Part shown: positions 34,552 through 37,879 of the stretch, one piece after another
Layout of the letters: each line of letters begins with the position of its first letter
Position numbering within the stretch: position 1 is the first letter of the stretch
Virus record (IMG/VR): IMGVR_UViG_3300029183_000014
Span: 1 to 37,879 of that record
Source: a virus
Taxonomy: Duplodnaviria; Caudoviricetes
Reading direction: 5' to 3' (one strand)
Length of the DNA: 37,879 nt
Position numbers and translations under genes: made by a program
The notes under the pieces: generated by a model
What the model was told of the DNA's origin: nothing
What the model saw: only the letters and a program-made list of their open reading frames with translations
Databases searched by the model: none

Positions 34552-36337
34552 TCCAGTTATCTCCTACTTTGTAATCAGCATCAATAGGGCATTTAAAGTT
34601 AAACTGTTCAGTACATTTCCTTGCACCTTCTACAACTAACTCACCTACTTCATCTGCTACTTCAGGATCACATTCAAAAGCTAATTCATCATGGAACCAA
34701 CCAACTTGCTTAACTCTATCATGTAAGTTCCTACGTGTCAACTCCTCATTTACATTAATCATCCACTGTTTTGAAATAATAGCTCCAGCAGATTGTAATA
34801 AAGTGTTTAAAGCAGAATGTTCAGATCTTACATGTAATTGCCTACCATCTAATCCTGTTAAATACCCTACTTCATTAGAAGTTCTAATTACATCAGTTTT
34901 AAGATCTTCAAGCCCCGGAATAGACTCTAAGAAAATCTTAATCAAACGTTGTGCTTTTTTAAAAGTAATTCCTAAAGATTCTTTAGCTTTGTTTGCACCA
35001 CCACCATAAATGATAAGATAAATTAGAGTTTTAGCTTCAGATCTTTTCTCTAATCCAGCAGTTTTTTGATTCTTACTATGAGGATCACCATGCACTGCTT
35101 CATGAGAAAATGCTCCCATATCATATGGAGCTAGATAATGTCCTAAGCAACGTAATTCTAAACCAGCTAAATCACTACCTACAAGTACTTTATTCTTAGC
35201 TGCAATAAAGAATTCACGACACTCTTTACCATACTCTGTACCAACTCTAGGTATGTTGGCAACTAGCTTGTGTGTAGCTCTTCCTGTTACTGCACCATTG
35301 GTAATAACCCAACCATGTAGCCTACCATTACGCTCATTCTTAAGCCAAGACTTATCACCATCAGCTATTAAACCTAATCGTTTACCAAGAAGAAACCTAC
35401 GAGCAAGATCTTTAGCTTCTGGATACTTCAGCTTCTCTAAGATAGATTCATCTACTTTAGGCTTACCAGTTTCAGTAGTTTCTTTAGGTTCCCAATTATA
35501 CTCTTTAATAAGCCTATTAACAATATGATCTCTACTAGCAGGGTTGAATTGGACTAACTTAACTTTACTCCTATCAGTACCTTCTACATATCCTCTAGGC
35601 CCATTATTACGTTTAGCTGTGACTACCCCTTCATTTACCCACCAAGTACCAAATCTACTTTTAAGTTTCCTATCAATTTCTGCTACTTCTCCTCTCAATT
35701 TTGCAGAGAATTCTTGTGCAAATTGAACATCAAACTCCCAACCTGTTTCCTCTTGCTTTTTGATAATATTAGCAACTTCATGTTCTATGTCAATAGATCT
35801 TTGAGAAAATTCTTTAGATAGTTCTACTTGATATAACTTAGCTGTAACTTCAACATCTCGTTCACAATACTCAAGCATTTCTTCAGAGAAATTATCCCAA
35901 TCTTCAAACTTACCTTTATGTAAACCTAGACGATAACCCCAAGTCTCTAGTTTATGACTACCAATAAGATTACCGGGAATAGGTTCAAAGTAATCTTTTC
36001 TGTTATCTTTTCGCTTGTTTTGAGTCTTATTGAACTCAAAGTCTGTATTTTTAACATCAGTAAAAATAAGGCGAGATAGAAGTAAAGTATCAACTATCTC
36101 ACCTTGAGGGGAAAACTTTTTAAAGAATTTTTTTATTACAGGAACATCGTATCCAATAATATTATGTCCAACAATCTTTTCTGCTTTCTCAAGCCTACTA
36201 ACTCCATCCCACAGTGTATCACCATAGTATTGAGATACTTTTCCTGTATTTACATCTTTAATACATAAGCAATGGAACTTTGTTATAGCCTCAAGTTCTA
36301 GACCATTAGTTTCAATATCAAATATTAATGTTTCCAT
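34538..36337 (-). CDS. DNA polymerase family A (T7 gp5-like) with 3'-5' exonuclease
   Basis: 'FDIETNGL', 'GHNIIGYD', 'YCERDV', motif A DLAGLELR, motif B AKTLIYLIIYG, motif C HDE. Confidence 0.97.
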   Translation of the reverse strand: METLIFDIETNGLELEAITKFHCLCIKDVNTGKVSQYYGDTLWDGVSRLEKAEKIVGHNIIGYDVPVIKKFFKKFSPQGEIVDTLLLSRLIFTDVKNTDFEFNKTQNKRKDNRKDYFEPIPGNLIGSHKLETWGYRLGLHKGKFEDWDNFSEEMLEYCERDVEVTAKLYQVELSKEFSQRSIDIEHEVANIIKKQEETGWEFDVQFAQEFSAKLRGEVAEIDRKLKSRFGTWWVNEGVVTAKRNNGPRGYVEGTDRSKVKLVQFNPASRDHIVNRLIKEYNWEPKETTETGKPKVDESILEKLKYPEAKDLARRFLLGKRLGLIADGDKSWLKNERNGRLHGWVITNGAVTGRATHKLVANIPRVGTEYGKECREFFIAAKNKVLVGSDLAGLELRCLGHYLAPYDMGAFSHEAVHGDPHSKNQKTAGLEKRSEAKTLIYLIIYGGGANKAKESLGITFKKAQRLIKIFLESIPGLEDLKTDVIRTSNEVGYLTGLDGRQLHVRSEHSALNTLLQSAGAIISKQWMINVNEELTRRNLHDRVKQVGWFHDELAFECDPEVADEVGELVVEGARKCTEQFNFKCPIDADYKVGDNWSEIH

Positions 36338-36527
36338 ATTTAGGTACATCTTCAGGATCGTTAATGTAACGATTAATTGATTCTTGATTAAATCCTACTG
36401 CAAGTAAAAAGCTACGAAAAGCTTGTACTGGTTCAGATATATGACAATCTAATTTATCATATTCTGTAATGATCTTAGTAGGATAGCCGTGAGTTTGTTC
36501 TATATCAATATATTCAAATTTATACAT
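36318..36527 (-). CDS. Hypothetical protein
   Basis: 69 aa; 'F..FLLAVGF....I' pattern. Confidence 0.65.
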   Translation of the reverse strand: MYKFEYIDIEQTHGYPTKIITEYDKLDCHISEPVQAFRSFLLAVGFNQESINRYINDPEDVPKYGNINI

Positions 36528-37014
36528 TTACATCATTAAGCCATGCGAAATGCCCATAATGCTCTTTTGCAGCATAATTATAAGCAAGCGCGGCTTCCTT
36601 TTCATTATTAAAAATACCTAAGTGAATGTAACCAGTAGAAGGACGGATTTCAGCACGGAACTTACCATCTTCAATCTTCCTTACTCCTTTGTATTTACTG
36701 GTTTTACCGGACAATGGTTTACGGTTTTGAGCGTTTTCGGCTGCTCCACAGATACGTAAATTACACTTCCGATTGTCAAGAGTATCACCATTAGCATGAT
36801 CAACAAGCTGATTAATAGGCGCATCCATTATCTCCCTATGTAAATAAACTGTATTACCTTCATTATCATAAGAAACAGCCCTAATGTATTTACCATGCTT
36901 CACAGCATACCATTGACGATCTTCAAACCGTTGCTTATCAATAGGGTCTACCATTGTTTCATAGCCTTGAGTTAAAGTAATTGTCTCAAAAGGCTTTTTG
37001 TCTTTCTTCAACAT
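36520..37014 (-). CDS. HNH-AP2 homing endonuclease-like protein
   Basis: 'LHREIM..VDHANGDTLDNRKCNLR', 'SKYKGV', 'HLGIF....AALAYN.AA'. Confidence 0.9.
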   Translation of the reverse strand: MLKKDKKPFETITLTQGYETMVDPIDKQRFEDRQWYAVKHGKYIRAVSYDNEGNTVYLHREIMDAPINQLVDHANGDTLDNRKCNLRICGAAENAQNRKPLSGKTSKYKGVRKIEDGKFRAEIRPSTGYIHLGIFNNEKEAALAYNYAAKEHYGHFAWLNDVNV

Positions 37015-37861
37015 TATAAATATCCTTCGCATCAATTTCATGTTCTGTCAACCTACCAGTGTCTGAATTGTAGTATAATTCAAATACTCTTCCTGTAGCT
37101 TGACCTGTATAACGATCTTTAAGAATCCTAAAAGTAGATTGGTTAAACTGATCTTCATCTTGTTGATCACGTTCTAAAGCAAACACATAACTAGACCATT
37201 GACCAATAGCACGAGATCCACGCAAATGTTTAAGCTGTACCCTTCCTCCTTCTTCATGAGGTTGTCCTGAAGCAGTAGCTAAGTGACTTACCATAAACAG
37301 TGTAAAATCTAGTTCACGTAGCATACTAGCTAAATTGGTACAGATATAATCTAAAGTCTTACGTTCATCACCGTCTTTATCACCAGATACTAACGCTGTG
37401 ACATGATCCAGAAATATATACTTACAGCCCATACCGACAACCATATGGCGAATAGTTGATTTGATGGAAGCATAATCCATATAACCGAAGTGATTATATA
37501 ACACCAGATCTTCTCCATTCTTCCCACCAATTGTAGAGTATGCATCTTGATATTCCTCTGCTGTGTATTCAACTTCAGGTATATGAATAGGCTTACTCAT
37601 AGCTTTGCCGATAAGAGAAGTCTTAGTTTGATTGTTAGTCTCTTCTAAAAAGATTACACCAACCTTCTGATCATGCTCTTGTCGTAAATGAAGAATGAAC
37701 TCCTTTAATAGTTCAGTTTTACCTACTCCAGTACCAGCACCAAGAGTATAAAGTTCTTGTGGTCTAATACCATAAGTAAGGTCTGTTAGAGTTTGAAAAG
37801 GATAAGAAAGCCCATGTTCAATATCTCTATCTTCAACTTCACCAAATGTAACTACACCCTC
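36986..37861 (-). CDS. T7 gp4-like primase-helicase, helicase domain (5' truncated by the window end)
   Basis: Frame stays open to 37861 with Walker A GAGTGVGKT; 'FLDH', 'VSHL', 'LRGS', 'LKDRYTG'. Confidence 0.94.
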   Translation of the reverse strand, partial: EGVVTFGEVEDRDIEHGLSYPFQTLTDLTYGIRPQELYTLGAGTGVGKTELLKEFILHLRQEHDQKVGVIFLEETNNQTKTSLIGKAMSKPIHIPEVEYTAEEYQDAYSTIGGKNGEDLVLYNHFGYMDYASIKSTIRHMVVGMGCKYIFLDHVTALVSGDKDGDERKTLDYICTNLASMLRELDFTLFMVSHLATASGQPHEEGGRVQLKHLRGSRAIGQWSSYVFALERDQQDEDQFNQSTFRILKDRYTGQATGRVFELYYNSDTGRLTEHEIDAKDIYNVEERQKAF

Positions 37862-37862
37862 G

Positions 37863-37879
37863 GATCGTGACTGGGAAAC
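37863..37879 (-). other. Amplification primer tag (reverse complement); library artefact
   Basis: GATCGTGACTGGGAAAC interrupts the helicase ORF. Confidence 0.95.

Noticed and set aside
1-37879. Perfect 17-bp terminal inverted repeat suggesting a transposon or a protein-primed linear genome
   Set aside because: It is the random-amplification primer GTTTCCCAGTCACGATC, and it cuts the helicase ORF mid-gene

Overview
A ~37.9 kb piece of an AT-rich, probably lytic, podovirus-like dsDNA phage of a Gram-negative host (it encodes two-component spanins). Both ends carry the 17-nt random-amplification primer GTTTCCCAGTCACGATC, so they are artefacts and the genome is incomplete. There are two convergent arms. 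The + arm (55-21577) holds terminase, P22-like portal, scaffold, major capsid, adaptor/nozzle, a short tail fibre, internal virion proteins, endolysin, holin and spanins. The - arm (21546-37861) holds a truncated T7 gp4-like helicase, HNH-AP2 endonuclease, family A DNA polymerase, a LapG/BTLCP-type cysteine protease, a split Pnkp plus Rnl1 RNA-repair set, exonuclease, MazG-like protein, resolvase-like nuclease, class Ia RNR, six tRNAs and DNA ligase. The most notable observations are: a compositionally foreign PAS-domain plus TM gene behind the tail fibre with a second, apparently protected overlapping frame; a phage-borne LapG-like protease; a tandem covarying RNA hairpin motif at the scaffold RBS; tRNAs with an A18/G55 elbow swap beside a tRNA-repair kit; and codon-level avoidance of CCWGG and GGWCC. 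All calls come from motif recognition and hand counts, with no database searches.
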